64,000 bases of DNA from Longimicrobiales bacterium (GTDB lineage Bacteria; Gemmatimonadota; Gemmatimonadetes; Longimicrobiales; Gaopeijiaceae), in the NCBI GenBank assembly GCA_965226375.1, contig CBDDCX010000004.1, positions 1-64,000 of the forward strand. Direction: 5' to 3'. Shown in pieces: positions 37,616-46,569 of this stretch. Below the pieces are notes generated by a model that saw only the letters and a program-made list of their open reading frames with translations, ran no database searches and had not been told where the DNA came from. Numbering within the stretch: the first letter of the stretch is position 1; the number at the start of each line of letters is the position of its first letter. The position numbers and the translations under genes are program-made.

Positions 37616-38176
37616 GTGAGTGAAGCCGTAGGCCATCCGCTGAGCACACCGAGCGAACGCTCGCTGACGATCGGTATCTTCGGGTTGACCCTGCTGGTCG
37701 GGGGACTCGTGGCTGCGCTGGCAGCCTTTCCGCAAGCACTCCGCTTGGACGGTCTGGACGTATCCGGACTCCCGCGCCTACACGCGGTCATAAACGGGAC
37801 GACAGCGCTGTTACTGACGACCGCCTACGCGGCGATCCGTAATGGGTACCGCAGAACGCACATCTGCATCATGTGCGTGTGCTTTATCCTGTCGTGCCTC
37901 TTCCTGATCTCCTATGTGACGTACCACTCCCAGGCGCCACAGACCCATTTCGGCGGCGTCGGCTGGGTCCGTCCCACCTACTTCTTCATTCTCATTACAC
38001 ATATTTCGCTGGCGCCCATCCTGGTCCCGTTCGTTCTCTTTACTTTGTCGAGAGCAGTGAGCGGCGAATTCGTCAAGCATCGCCGGCTGGCTCGTTGGAC
38101 GCTGCCGATCTGGATGTACGTGGCCGTGACCGGCGTGCTGGTCTACCTCATGATGGCGCCCTACTACCCGTCCTGA
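37616..38176 (+). CDS. DUF420 family membrane protein
   Basis: LPRLHAVIN, FLISYVTYH, YFFILITHI, HRRLARWTLPIWMYVAVTGVLVYLM; start approximate. Confidence 0.85.
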   Translation: MSEAVGHPLSTPSERSLTIGIFGLTLLVGGLVAALAAFPQALRLDGLDVSGLPRLHAVINGTTALLLTTAYAAIRNGYRRTHICIMCVCFILSCLFLISYVTYHSQAPQTHFGGVGWVRPTYFFILITHISLAPILVPFVLFTLSRAVSGEFVKHRRLARWTLPIWMYVAVTGVLVYLMMAPYYPS

Positions 38177-38236
38177 CGTAGCAGTCGGCCCGACTCTCAG
38201 GGTAGGCCGAAGACGAGTTACCCACGAGGAAATACC

Positions 38237-39793
38237 ATGCCGTCCAACAGACTCAGTCTTCTCATCGCCGCCTTCACACTGTCCGCCCTGGCCTGCGAGC
38301 CCCAGGCCGGACCCATCGATGTGGTGGAGGCGAGTATCGCGGAGATCCAGGACGCTATCCTGACCGGACGTACCACATGCCGGATGGTGGTCCAGGCTTA
38401 CCTCGATCGGATCGAGGCCTACGACGAATCGACGGTCAACGCCATCACGGTCGTGAACCCGAACGCCCTCTCCCGGGCTGACGATCTCGACGCATTGCTC
38501 GGGGCGGGCCTCGAACCACCGCCGCTCTTCTGTGCTCCGATGCTCGTAAAGGACAACTTCGACACCCACGACCTACCCACGACGGGCGGCTCCGCCGCGC
38601 TCATGGGGAGCCTCCCTCCCGACGACGCATTCATGGTGCGACGTATCCGCGAGGCCGGTGCCGTCATAGTCGCCAAGACGAACATGGCCGAGTGGGCCTT
38701 CAGTGCCCGCCAGACCGTAAGCTCGTCTTACGACACCACCGCGAACGCGTATGCTTTCGATCGCGTGCCTGCGGGATCCAGCGGTGGCACGGCTTCGGGC
38801 GTCGCCGCCAGCTTCGGCGTCGCCGGACTGGGAAGCGACACGGGCAACTCCATCCGCGGCCCCTCTTCGCACCTGGCTCTGGTGGGGATCCGGTCCACGA
38901 TCGGCCTTACGAGCCGGGACGGCGTCATCCCCCTCTCCTTCGATCGGGACATCGCGGGCCCGATGGCCCGCAGCGTCGAGGACGCGGCCACGATCTTCAA
39001 CGTGGTCGCCGGCTACGACCCCGCCGACCCTTACACCGAGGCGGGACGCGATCGTAAGGAGCCCGACTATACGGCGGGCCTGGATGCCGATGGACTGCAG
39101 GGCACACGGATCGCGGTAGTACGCCAACTCGTGGACGCGGAGGACGCCGACACGGCGGTCGTGCGCGTCTTCGAGCAAGCCGTAGCCGACCTGGCCCAGC
39201 TCGGCGCCACCATCGTAGACCCCTTCGATTTCGACCTACAGGCGCAGCTCGATCGGGAAGGCATGTTCTGCAGGCGCTTCCGTTACGACATGTACCAGTA
39301 CCTATCGTCCCTGGGCGAGGACGCTCCGATCCGCGACGTGCTCGAGGTGCTCGAGACGGGCCAGTACGCCGACTACTCCGAGCAGTCCCTGCGGCGCCAC
39401 GAGGATATGCCGATGGACGTGCACCCCAGCGATTGGGGCACACCCTGCCCCGACTACTCCGAGCACCGGGAGAGGCAAGCGTATCTGTCGGAGTTGGTGG
39501 CGGCCATGGATGCAGCCGAAGTCGACGCCATCGTATACCCCAGCTGGCGGAATCCCCCGGCACATCTCGATCGAGCACGCGCAGAGTACCTGGGGGACAA
39601 CAGCCAACTCGTGGCGCCGGCGACCGGAATGCCCGCCATCACGGTACCGATGGGGTACACGTACGGAACGCTCCCTGCAGGACTTCAGATTCTCGGACGC
39701 CCCTACGACGAGCTACTGCTCTTCAGACTGGCATATGCGTACGAGCAGGGCACGCATCACAGACGGCCTCCGGCCGGCTTCCCGGCCCTGTGA
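38237..39793 (+). CDS. Amidase signature family protein, lipoprotein
   Basis: VKDNFDT, GSSGGTASG, GSDTGNSIRGP; lipobox ALAC. Confidence 0.92.
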   Translation: MPSNRLSLLIAAFTLSALACEPQAGPIDVVEASIAEIQDAILTGRTTCRMVVQAYLDRIEAYDESTVNAITVVNPNALSRADDLDALLGAGLEPPPLFCAPMLVKDNFDTHDLPTTGGSAALMGSLPPDDAFMVRRIREAGAVIVAKTNMAEWAFSARQTVSSSYDTTANAYAFDRVPAGSSGGTASGVAASFGVAGLGSDTGNSIRGPSSHLALVGIRSTIGLTSRDGVIPLSFDRDIAGPMARSVEDAATIFNVVAGYDPADPYTEAGRDRKEPDYTAGLDADGLQGTRIAVVRQLVDAEDADTAVVRVFEQAVADLAQLGATIVDPFDFDLQAQLDREGMFCRRFRYDMYQYLSSLGEDAPIRDVLEVLETGQYADYSEQSLRRHEDMPMDVHPSDWGTPCPDYSEHRERQAYLSELVAAMDAAEVDAIVYPSWRNPPAHLDRARAEYLGDNSQLVAPATGMPAITVPMGYTYGTLPAGLQILGRPYDELLLFRLAYAYEQGTHHRRPPAGFPAL

Positions 39794-39830
39794 AGTCGAG
39801 CAAGACACGCATTTCGGGAGCCGGGCTGCT

Positions 39831-40256
39831 TCAGGGAAGCAGTGCGTTCACCTGAACCGTGGCGGTGCCGCTCCGGCCCTCAGAGGTCGCAGTAATGGTG
39901 GCGGTGCCCAGGCCCGTTCCGGTGACTAGACCGGCGCTGGTGACCGTCGCGATCTGACCAGTCGACGACGTCCACTCGACGGGACGGCCGAGCTCCTGCC
40001 CGAAAGGATCCCATGTCACGGCCATGAGCTGCACCGTCGCACCGGAGAGGATGGTCGATTCCCGGGGTGTGACTCCCACCCTGAAGACTCCCCGACAGCC
40101 GGCGCACAACACCCGCTCCGATGAGTTATCGAGAGCGGTTCCACCGACCCCTTCACACGGTGCGGTGAAGAGCATTCCCGCCAATGCCGCAGCGAGCGCG
40201 ACGCGGTGATGCCTGGCGGGAGGCGCTACAGGGCGGTGCTTGGAGATAACGGGCAT
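39831..40256 (-). CDS. Small secreted protein: CxxC followed by one Big_2 Ig-like domain
   Basis: Hydrophobic N-segment, CAGC, VEWTSSTGQIATVTSAGLVTG..GTATITATSEGRSGTA; start uncertain. Confidence 0.65.
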   Translation of the reverse strand: MPVISKHRPVAPPARHHRVALAAALAGMLFTAPCEGVGGTALDNSSERVLCAGCRGVFRVGVTPRESTILSGATVQLMAVTWDPFGQELGRPVEWTSSTGQIATVTSAGLVTGTGLGTATITATSEGRSGTATVQVNALLP

Positions 40257-40453
40257 CCCTTGTTGAGCTCGTGGGGCCGAACGCACCTGTATCTGATCCA
40301 TGGACCGCCGGAAGAGTTCCCGCACCGCGCCTTCGCTTGCCGTCGCGTCGCGGCCCGTCTAAGGTGGACCACCTTCCCGTGGTTCCTCGTGAGAAGACCG
40401 ACGACGGCTACCGGATCCGGGCGGGCGGCTGACACCTATGCCCTGAGGTTACC

Positions 40454-41824
40454 ATGCACGCACCATCCGCACTCTTGGCCCTGTCCCTCTCGCTCTGGGC
40501 ACCTGCCGGAGCGCCCGCACAGTCCCCCGCCCCCGATCCGCCCGTTCCCGGCGACGGCGTCATGACCATGACGCTCACCGGCGACGCGATCATCACCCGG
40601 GCCCTGTCCCCTTATGTGGAACCGGCGTACCTGGAGATGATCGACCTCTTGAGGAGCGCCGACATGGCGTTCACCAACCTCGAGGTGCTCCTCCACGACT
40701 ATGAGCCGTATCCGGCCTACCAGAGCGGAGGTACGTGGATGCGTGCCGCTCCGGAAATGGCCGAGGAACTCGTGTGGGCGGGCTTCGACATGGTGTCGTT
40801 GGCCAACAACCACACTGGAGACTACGGCCCCCTGGGAGGGCGCCTCACACGCCAGTACGCCCGAGCCGCCGGTCTGGTGGGTGCCGGGTCGGGCGAGGAC
40901 CTCAACGAGGCCCGGGAAGCGAAGTTTCTCGAGACCGCCGACGGTCGAGTCGCTCTGATCTCCCTGGCTTCTACCTTCACGGCGCACTCGGTAGCGGGCC
41001 TACCGGGTGCAGCGACGGTTGGGCGTCCCGGACTCAACCCCCTGCGGCACGAGCGTTGGCGCGTGGTGACGAGGGACCAGCTCGAGGGACTCCGAGAAGG
41101 GCTGGACAATGCCGGAGTCGGCATGGCGGCGAGCGGTGACGGGCTCACGATCTTCGGGAATCGCTTCGAGGTAGGGAGCGACCTCGGTCGTCATACCGCG
41201 CCCGATCCAGAAGACGTCGCGGCGATCACTGCAGTGGTCCGGAACGCCAAAGTGCAGGCGGACTACGTCGTCGTGTCGATCCACGCGCACGAGGGCGGCG
41301 CAAACCGGACCATCCCCGCGGACTTCATCATCGAGTTCGCGCACGCCGTGATCGACGCGGGAGCGGACGTCATGGTGGGCCACGGACCCCACGTGCTGCG
41401 CGGTGTGGAGATCTACAAGGGAAAGCCGATCCTCTACAGTCTCGGGGACTTCATCTTCCAGAACGAGACACTGCTGCGACTGCCGGCCGAGAACTACGCC
41501 CGGTACGGCCTCGATCCAACGGCCGGCGTCAGCGCGTTCAACTACGAGCGTTACGCGGGAGACACACGCAGCTTCCCAGCCGATCCCGAGATCTGGGAGG
41601 GAGCGATCGCCATGCCGTCCTTCAGAGACGGAGAACTCTTCGAGCTACGCCTGCTCCCGGTCACGCTGGGCTTCGGCGCACCGCCGTCGATCCGAGGTAG
41701 GCCCCTGCCGGCCACTGGAGAGTTGGGTCGCAAGATCGTTCAGGACGTGATCGAGCGCTCAGCGCGCTTCGGGACGACCGTCGAGGAGAGCGACGGCGTG
41801 GCACTGGTACGGATCCCGAGATAG
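40454..41824 (+). CDS. CapA/PGA_cap family metallophosphoesterase-fold protein
   Basis: LTGDAI, FTNLE, SLANNHTGDYG, VSIHAHE, GHGPHVLRGVEIY, YSLGDFIF. Confidence 0.9.
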   Translation: MHAPSALLALSLSLWAPAGAPAQSPAPDPPVPGDGVMTMTLTGDAIITRALSPYVEPAYLEMIDLLRSADMAFTNLEVLLHDYEPYPAYQSGGTWMRAAPEMAEELVWAGFDMVSLANNHTGDYGPLGGRLTRQYARAAGLVGAGSGEDLNEAREAKFLETADGRVALISLASTFTAHSVAGLPGAATVGRPGLNPLRHERWRVVTRDQLEGLREGLDNAGVGMAASGDGLTIFGNRFEVGSDLGRHTAPDPEDVAAITAVVRNAKVQADYVVVSIHAHEGGANRTIPADFIIEFAHAVIDAGADVMVGHGPHVLRGVEIYKGKPILYSLGDFIFQNETLLRLPAENYARYGLDPTAGVSAFNYERYAGDTRSFPADPEIWEGAIAMPSFRDGELFELRLLPVTLGFGAPPSIRGRPLPATGELGRKIVQDVIERSARFGTTVEESDGVALVRIPR

Positions 41825-41840
41825 CGGGGACTTCGCGGGC

Positions 41841-42296
41841 TCAGCCGTGCGGGAGGCGAGGTCGCAGATAGCCGTAGGCCCAAGCGCCCGCCATCGCCGC
41901 CAGGAGTCCCACGAACATGACCCAGACGCCGGTTCCGATCAGCGCATAGATCGGGCCCGGGCAGGCACCGGCAAGCCCCCAGCCCAGCCCGAAGATGGTC
42001 CCGCCGATCCAATGCTGGGGCCCTGGCCGACTGTCCTGTGGAGAAGGAAAGACAATGGGCCGCCCAGTCAACGTGCGCGCGTTGGTTCTCTTCATCAGGA
42101 AGACACTCAGCGCACCCACCGCCACCGCTCCACCGATTACCCCGTACATGTGAAACGAATGAAAGCGGAACATCTCCTGAATCCTGAACCACGAGATCAC
42201 TTCCGTCTTGACGAACACGATCCCGAGGAACACCCCCAGCAGGAGGTAGGGGCCCAAGGGTTCGGCCTTGCTGAGGGTCTGCTCTTGCATCATCAC
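41841..42296 (-). CDS. YeeE/YedE family sulfur-compound transporter subunit
   Basis: SWFRIQEMF, GGTIFGLGWGLAGACPGP. Confidence 0.88.
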   Translation of the reverse strand: MMMQEQTLSKAEPLGPYLLLGVFLGIVFVKTEVISWFRIQEMFRFHSFHMYGVIGGAVAVGALSVFLMKRTNARTLTGRPIVFPSPQDSRPGPQHWIGGTIFGLGWGLAGACPGPIYALIGTGVWVMFVGLLAAMAGAWAYGYLRPRLPHG

Positions 42297-42847
42297 AGAA
42301 TCAGCGGAAGCAGAAAATGCGTCACGGTCAGGCCACCCACGAAAAAGCCGATGACCGCGGCGACGGACGACAGCTGGAGGGTCGAGAGTCCGGAGATGGC
42401 GTGGCCCGAGGTGCAGCCGTCCGCATAGCGCGCCCCAAAGCCCACCAGGAATCCACCTACGACGATGAGGACGAAACCGGGAACGGTCGCGAGTCCGCTC
42501 CAGGAAAAGAGCGACGACGGTACCATGCCCTCCCGGTCCTGCAGACCCAGCTCAGAAAGCGCCGCCCAAGTCCGCTCCGAGATGGGCAGCACGGAATCAG
42601 GGGACGCGAGGAAGACGGTGGCGATCAGAGCACCGATCACCGTGCCCGCAGCCATCATGAGCTGCCAACCCCCGCGAGAGCGCCAGTCGTACCGGAAATA
42701 CTCGAGGCCGGCGGGAACGGTGGCGGCGCACATGTGGCGGAGAGTCGAGGAGACGCCCCACTTCTTGGCCCCGTACAGGTAGACCGCAGGAACCACCAAG
42801 CCGATCAGTGGACCACCGACCCACCACGGCCAGGTCTCTCGGATCAT
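42293..42847 (-). CDS. YeeE/YedE family sulfur-compound transporter subunit
   Basis: WPWWVGGPLIG, GVSSTLRHMCA, GFGARYADGCTSGHAISG. Confidence 0.9.
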   Translation of the reverse strand: MIRETWPWWVGGPLIGLVVPAVYLYGAKKWGVSSTLRHMCAATVPAGLEYFRYDWRSRGGWQLMMAAGTVIGALIATVFLASPDSVLPISERTWAALSELGLQDREGMVPSSLFSWSGLATVPGFVLIVVGGFLVGFGARYADGCTSGHAISGLSTLQLSSVAAVIGFFVGGLTVTHFLLPLIL

Positions 42848-43248
42848 TCGCCTGCCGGCGTGTCGCCGACGACGACGAAAGCCGTCCCGACGACGTCACT
42901 CACCGTCACTGAGATGGTCACGTTCCCAACGGCAAGTCCGGACACGATCCCGACGGAAGTGACCTTCACGACATCCTCGTCAGACGATTTCCACGAGATG
43001 GTCCGTCCGATCAGAATCACACCCTGTGCGTTGACGGGCTCACCGATGAGTTCGCGAGTCTCTCCGACGAGAAGGGTCGTGTGGAGTGGGTTGACCCGCA
43101 CCGCAACCACGTCTTTACAAGCCGAACATCCCCCCTGGTTCTGCCCGGTGATCGTGTTGGACTCTCTTTCGACCTCCCAGCACGCCACAGAGAGCGCGCT
43201 CATAACCACGAGTGGCGCCAAGAACCGCATCGGGCGTTGTCGCGTCAT
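42844..43248 (-). CDS. Small lipoprotein: CxxC followed by one Big_2 Ig-like domain
   Basis: Lipobox SVAC, CSAC, ISWKSSDEDVVKVTSVGIVSG..GNVTI; GAGGAGG RBS; ATGA overlap with the YeeE gene. Confidence 0.75.
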   Translation of the reverse strand: MTRQRPMRFLAPLVVMSALSVACWEVERESNTITGQNQGGCSACKDVVAVRVNPLHTTLLVGETRELIGEPVNAQGVILIGRTISWKSSDEDVVKVTSVGIVSGLAVGNVTISVTVSDVVGTAFVVVGDTPAGE

Positions 43249-43360
43249 GAACGCTCGCACCTCCTCAAAAGGAACTACCATCCGAGGGTAAATTGGGGGT
43301 CTATTGAGAGATCGCACAATCCCCCTCAGCGGGTAGCCGTACGCCCACTGGTGCCGACCG

Positions 43361-45367
43361 TTACGAAGTCCCTCGCCGTGGTCCGTTCAGCGAAGCCATG
43401 CTCCGCTCTGTCTGTTCCCACTCGGTCATGAGACCGGCCACCTCATCCTGCAGGCGAGACCGCTCGTCTTCCAAGCTCCGTACCTCGTCCGCCGCAGTCG
43501 TTTCGTAGTAGTCAGGCCTGCAGAAAGCCTCGTCGATCTCCTGCACCCGGGCTTCAGCGGCCTCGATGCGGACCATCAGGGTGTCGAGCTGCACTCGCAA
43601 GCGCCGTGTTTCGGCCTTTGGGTCCGCGTGCGAGACCTTGCCCTGCCCGCGCCGTGAGCCGCCCTTCGACCTTCGACCGCCTTTACCGTTGACCGACGCG
43701 TCGGTCGCATCGGACTTGCCTTTCTTCTTCTTGTCGCGCTTAGCCTTGAGTATCACCCGGTCGGCGTCGAGATGATCGTCACCGCAGAAGTGGACGTATT
43801 CTTCATACGTGCCCAGATAGTCTACGATGTCGTCGGGTTTGATCTCCACGACGCGGGTAGCAAGCTGGCTCACGAACCAGCGGTCGTGGGACACCAGCAG
43901 CAGGGTGCCCTCGAAGGACCTGAGTCCCTCGACGAGCGCCTCGATCGACTCGAGATCCAGGTGATTCGTGGGCTCGTCCAAGACCAGCACGTTGGGCCGC
44001 TCGATGGCGAGTCGACTGAAGACCAGCCGCGCGGCCTCCCCGCCGGAGAGCGCACTCAGCCGCTTTTTTCCGTCGTCGCCCGAGAAGAGCATCATGCCCA
44101 TGCGGGCTCGGACATAGCCAATGTCCTTGTCCGGGCAAAAATCCCATACCCACTCCTCAGCCGTGTGCGTCGGGGCCTCGAACTGCTCGTGGTGGTCCTG
44201 AGCGAAATAACCCGGATGGGTCTCGTATCCCCAGACCACCTCTCCAGCGTCGGCCTCGAGCTCACCCATGACGATCTTGAGAAGCGTGGACTTACCGATT
44301 CCGTTAGGCCCCATGATGGCCAGGCAATCTCCGCGGTTCACGACCAGGTCGACCCCGTGAAGCACCTCATTGTCCCCGAACGCCTTCTTGACGCCCTTGA
44401 TCTGCAGCACGTCTCTCCCGCTGTCGCGCGTCTGCTCGAAGTGGAACGTAGGATAACGCCGAGAGCTCTGCGGCAACTCGTCGAGGGCGTCCGCCTTCTT
44501 CTGGATCATGCGGACCCTGCTCTGAGCCTGGCGCGCCTTGCTCGCCTTCGCCTTGAACCGATCCACGAACTTCTGGTGATGGGCGATCTCCCGCTCCCGG
44601 GAAGCGATGTCCTTCTCCCTGCGCTGCCTCTCCGACTGCTTCGCCTGCAGAAAAGCGTTGTAGTTCCCGTGATAGAGCGTCACCGTCTCGTAGTCCACAT
44701 CGAGGATGTGGGTCGAGATGTTGTCCAGGAACCGGTGGTCGTGGGAGATGACGACCAGGGGTCCAGAAAAGTCGCGAAGAAACATCTCGAGCCATCGGAT
44801 GGAGAGGATGTCCAGGTGGTTCGTCGGCTCGTCGAGGAGGAGTATGTCAGGGGCGCTGGCCAGCACCTGCGCCAACAAGACTCGAAGTTTGAAGCCACCA
44901 GAAAGCGTGGAAAGCGGTTGGTGATGTATGTGCGCCGGAAGGCCCAGCCCCTCGAGGATCGTGGCGGCCCGGGCCTCCGCCGTATAGCCGTCGTGCAATT
45001 GCACGGTCTCCTCGAGCTCAGAGAAGCGGTCGGCATCAAAGTGCTCATCGGCCCGCGCCAACAGGGCCTCCTTCTCCACCATCGCGTCCCACAACTCGGG
45101 GTTGCCCATGAGCGCTACGCCGAGGATCTCCTGATCCCCGTAGAGGAACTGATCCTGGCGCAGGACTCCCATGCGCAAACGCTTGGGAATCGAGACCGTA
45201 CCACCACTGGCATCCAGGTCACCGGTCATGATGTTGAGCAGCGTGGACTTGCCCGAGCCGTTGGCGCCTACAAGCCCGTAGCGCTCGCCGGGGTTGAGCT
45301 GAAACGACGCACGAGCGAACAGGGTCCGGTCGCCGAACGACTTCTCGAGATTGGATACGGAGATCAT
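43361..45367 (-). CDS. ABC-F family ATPase
   Basis: Two NBDs (GANGSGKST, GPNGIGKST; LSGG; DEPTNHLD x2), no TM segments, C-terminal coiled coil. Confidence 0.93.
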   Translation of the reverse strand: MISVSNLEKSFGDRTLFARASFQLNPGERYGLVGANGSGKSTLLNIMTGDLDASGGTVSIPKRLRMGVLRQDQFLYGDQEILGVALMGNPELWDAMVEKEALLARADEHFDADRFSELEETVQLHDGYTAEARAATILEGLGLPAHIHHQPLSTLSGGFKLRVLLAQVLASAPDILLLDEPTNHLDILSIRWLEMFLRDFSGPLVVISHDHRFLDNISTHILDVDYETVTLYHGNYNAFLQAKQSERQRREKDIASREREIAHHQKFVDRFKAKASKARQAQSRVRMIQKKADALDELPQSSRRYPTFHFEQTRDSGRDVLQIKGVKKAFGDNEVLHGVDLVVNRGDCLAIMGPNGIGKSTLLKIVMGELEADAGEVVWGYETHPGYFAQDHHEQFEAPTHTAEEWVWDFCPDKDIGYVRARMGMMLFSGDDGKKRLSALSGGEAARLVFSRLAIERPNVLVLDEPTNHLDLESIEALVEGLRSFEGTLLLVSHDRWFVSQLATRVVEIKPDDIVDYLGTYEEYVHFCGDDHLDADRVILKAKRDKKKKGKSDATDASVNGKGGRRSKGGSRRGQGKVSHADPKAETRRLRVQLDTLMVRIEAAEARVQEIDEAFCRPDYYETTAADEVRSLEDERSRLQDEVAGLMTEWEQTERSMASLNGPRRGTS

Positions 45368-45453
45368 AGCGGGGGAATCTAAACGATATCGGCCGGAGCG
45401 GGTCGAACCCTCGGACGGTTGATCGTGCGTTGCGGGCCCACCATGCTTGTTTC

Positions 45454-46569
45454 ATGAATTCTGAACCAACGCAGCACCTACGTCCGGACAGAAGCCCGAG
45501 GCGTCGGGCGCTCATCGCCGTGTTCGCTCTCGTCATGGCGACAGCGATGGTCCTGGGACGACGTAGCTGGACAGGCGGTGAGTGGACCGTTCAGGAAGTG
45601 GGCGGGGCCACGATGGGGACCACCTACTCCATCAAGTTCGTGGCACGCTCCCTGTCGACGGACCGGTTCGGGAGCGTCCACCGTGCGGTCGAGGCTTGGC
45701 TGGACGAAGTCGACGGAACCATGTCGACCTACAAACCCGACTCCGAGCTGTCTCGCTTCAATCGGCATGAGAGCACAGAACCCTTCGCCGTCTCCGCGGG
45801 TGTGCTCGAGGTCTTCCTGCTGGCTCGACAGGTGAGCGTAGAGAGCGACGGTGCGTTCGACGTCACCGTCGGTCCACTCGTCGATGCTTGGGGCTTCGGT
45901 CCCGACGGCAGCCCCCAGACGATCCCCGATGACGCCCATCTCAGAGAACTCAGGGGGCATGTCGGTTTTCGCAAAATCGCGATCGACTCCGCAGCATCGA
46001 GCCTGACCAAGCAGGATCCCAAGGTGGTCGCCGACCTGTCTGCCATCGCCAAGGGATACGCCGTGGACGGCGTGGCCGACCTACTCGTCGACCAGGGCTT
46101 CACCGACTTCCTGGTGGAGGTGGGTGGCGAGCTGCGATCGGCGGGCACGAAGCCGGACGGAATGGCGTGGGTGGTCGGGGTCGAGGCGCCTCTGCCGGAC
46201 ACCCGGAGCCTGTACGCCACCATGGACCTGGGCGACGAATCCGTGGCCACGTCCGGCGACTACCGTAACTTCTGGGACTCCGACGGAGGCAGGTATTCCC
46301 ACATCATCGATCCTCGCACAGGACGTCCACTGCCCTACGTCGGGGCCGCGGTGACGGTCATCCATGAGCGCGCGGTCCTGGCAGACGCCTGGGCCACGGC
46401 CATGACCGTGCTGGGACTGGAGGTTGGCACGACGGTGGCGGACAAGATCGGCCTCGGGGTCATCTTCGTGCGACGAGGCGAGTCCGGTCTCATCGAGACG
46501 CGGACGAGGGCGATCGGTGATCGTCCGCTCGAGCCGGTCCCCCCACCGGTCCCCCCCCGAACCCGCTGA
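45454..46569 (+). CDS. apbE: FAD:protein FMN transferase
   Basis: TMGTTY, SELSRFN, FDVTVGPL, DLSAIAKGYAVD, ATSGDYRN, HIIDPRTG, ADAWATA. Confidence 0.93.
   Translation: MNSEPTQHLRPDRSPRRRALIAVFALVMATAMVLGRRSWTGGEWTVQEVGGATMGTTYSIKFVARSLSTDRFGSVHRAVEAWLDEVDGTMSTYKPDSELSRFNRHESTEPFAVSAGVLEVFLLARQVSVESDGAFDVTVGPLVDAWGFGPDGSPQTIPDDAHLRELRGHVGFRKIAIDSAASSLTKQDPKVVADLSAIAKGYAVDGVADLLVDQGFTDFLVEVGGELRSAGTKPDGMAWVVGVEAPLPDTRSLYATMDLGDESVATSGDYRNFWDSDGGRYSHIIDPRTGRPLPYVGAAVTVIHERAVLADAWATAMTVLGLEVGTTVADKIGLGVIFVRRGESGLIETRTRAIGDRPLEPVPPPVPPRTR

Noticed and set aside
40036..40062. ApbE flavinylation motif (SGAT) in the Big_2 protein
   Set aside because: Reads TILSGAT without the upstream Asp of Dxx[ST]GA[TS] and falls in an ordinary Big_2 strand; I saw no clear ApbE target in the window
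43772..45382. Long antisense ORFs (e.g. 536 aa here; also 17720-19138, 58318-59517, 59603-60631)
   Set aside because: Shadows of real genes on the opposite strand, expected at high GC; no recognisable motifs
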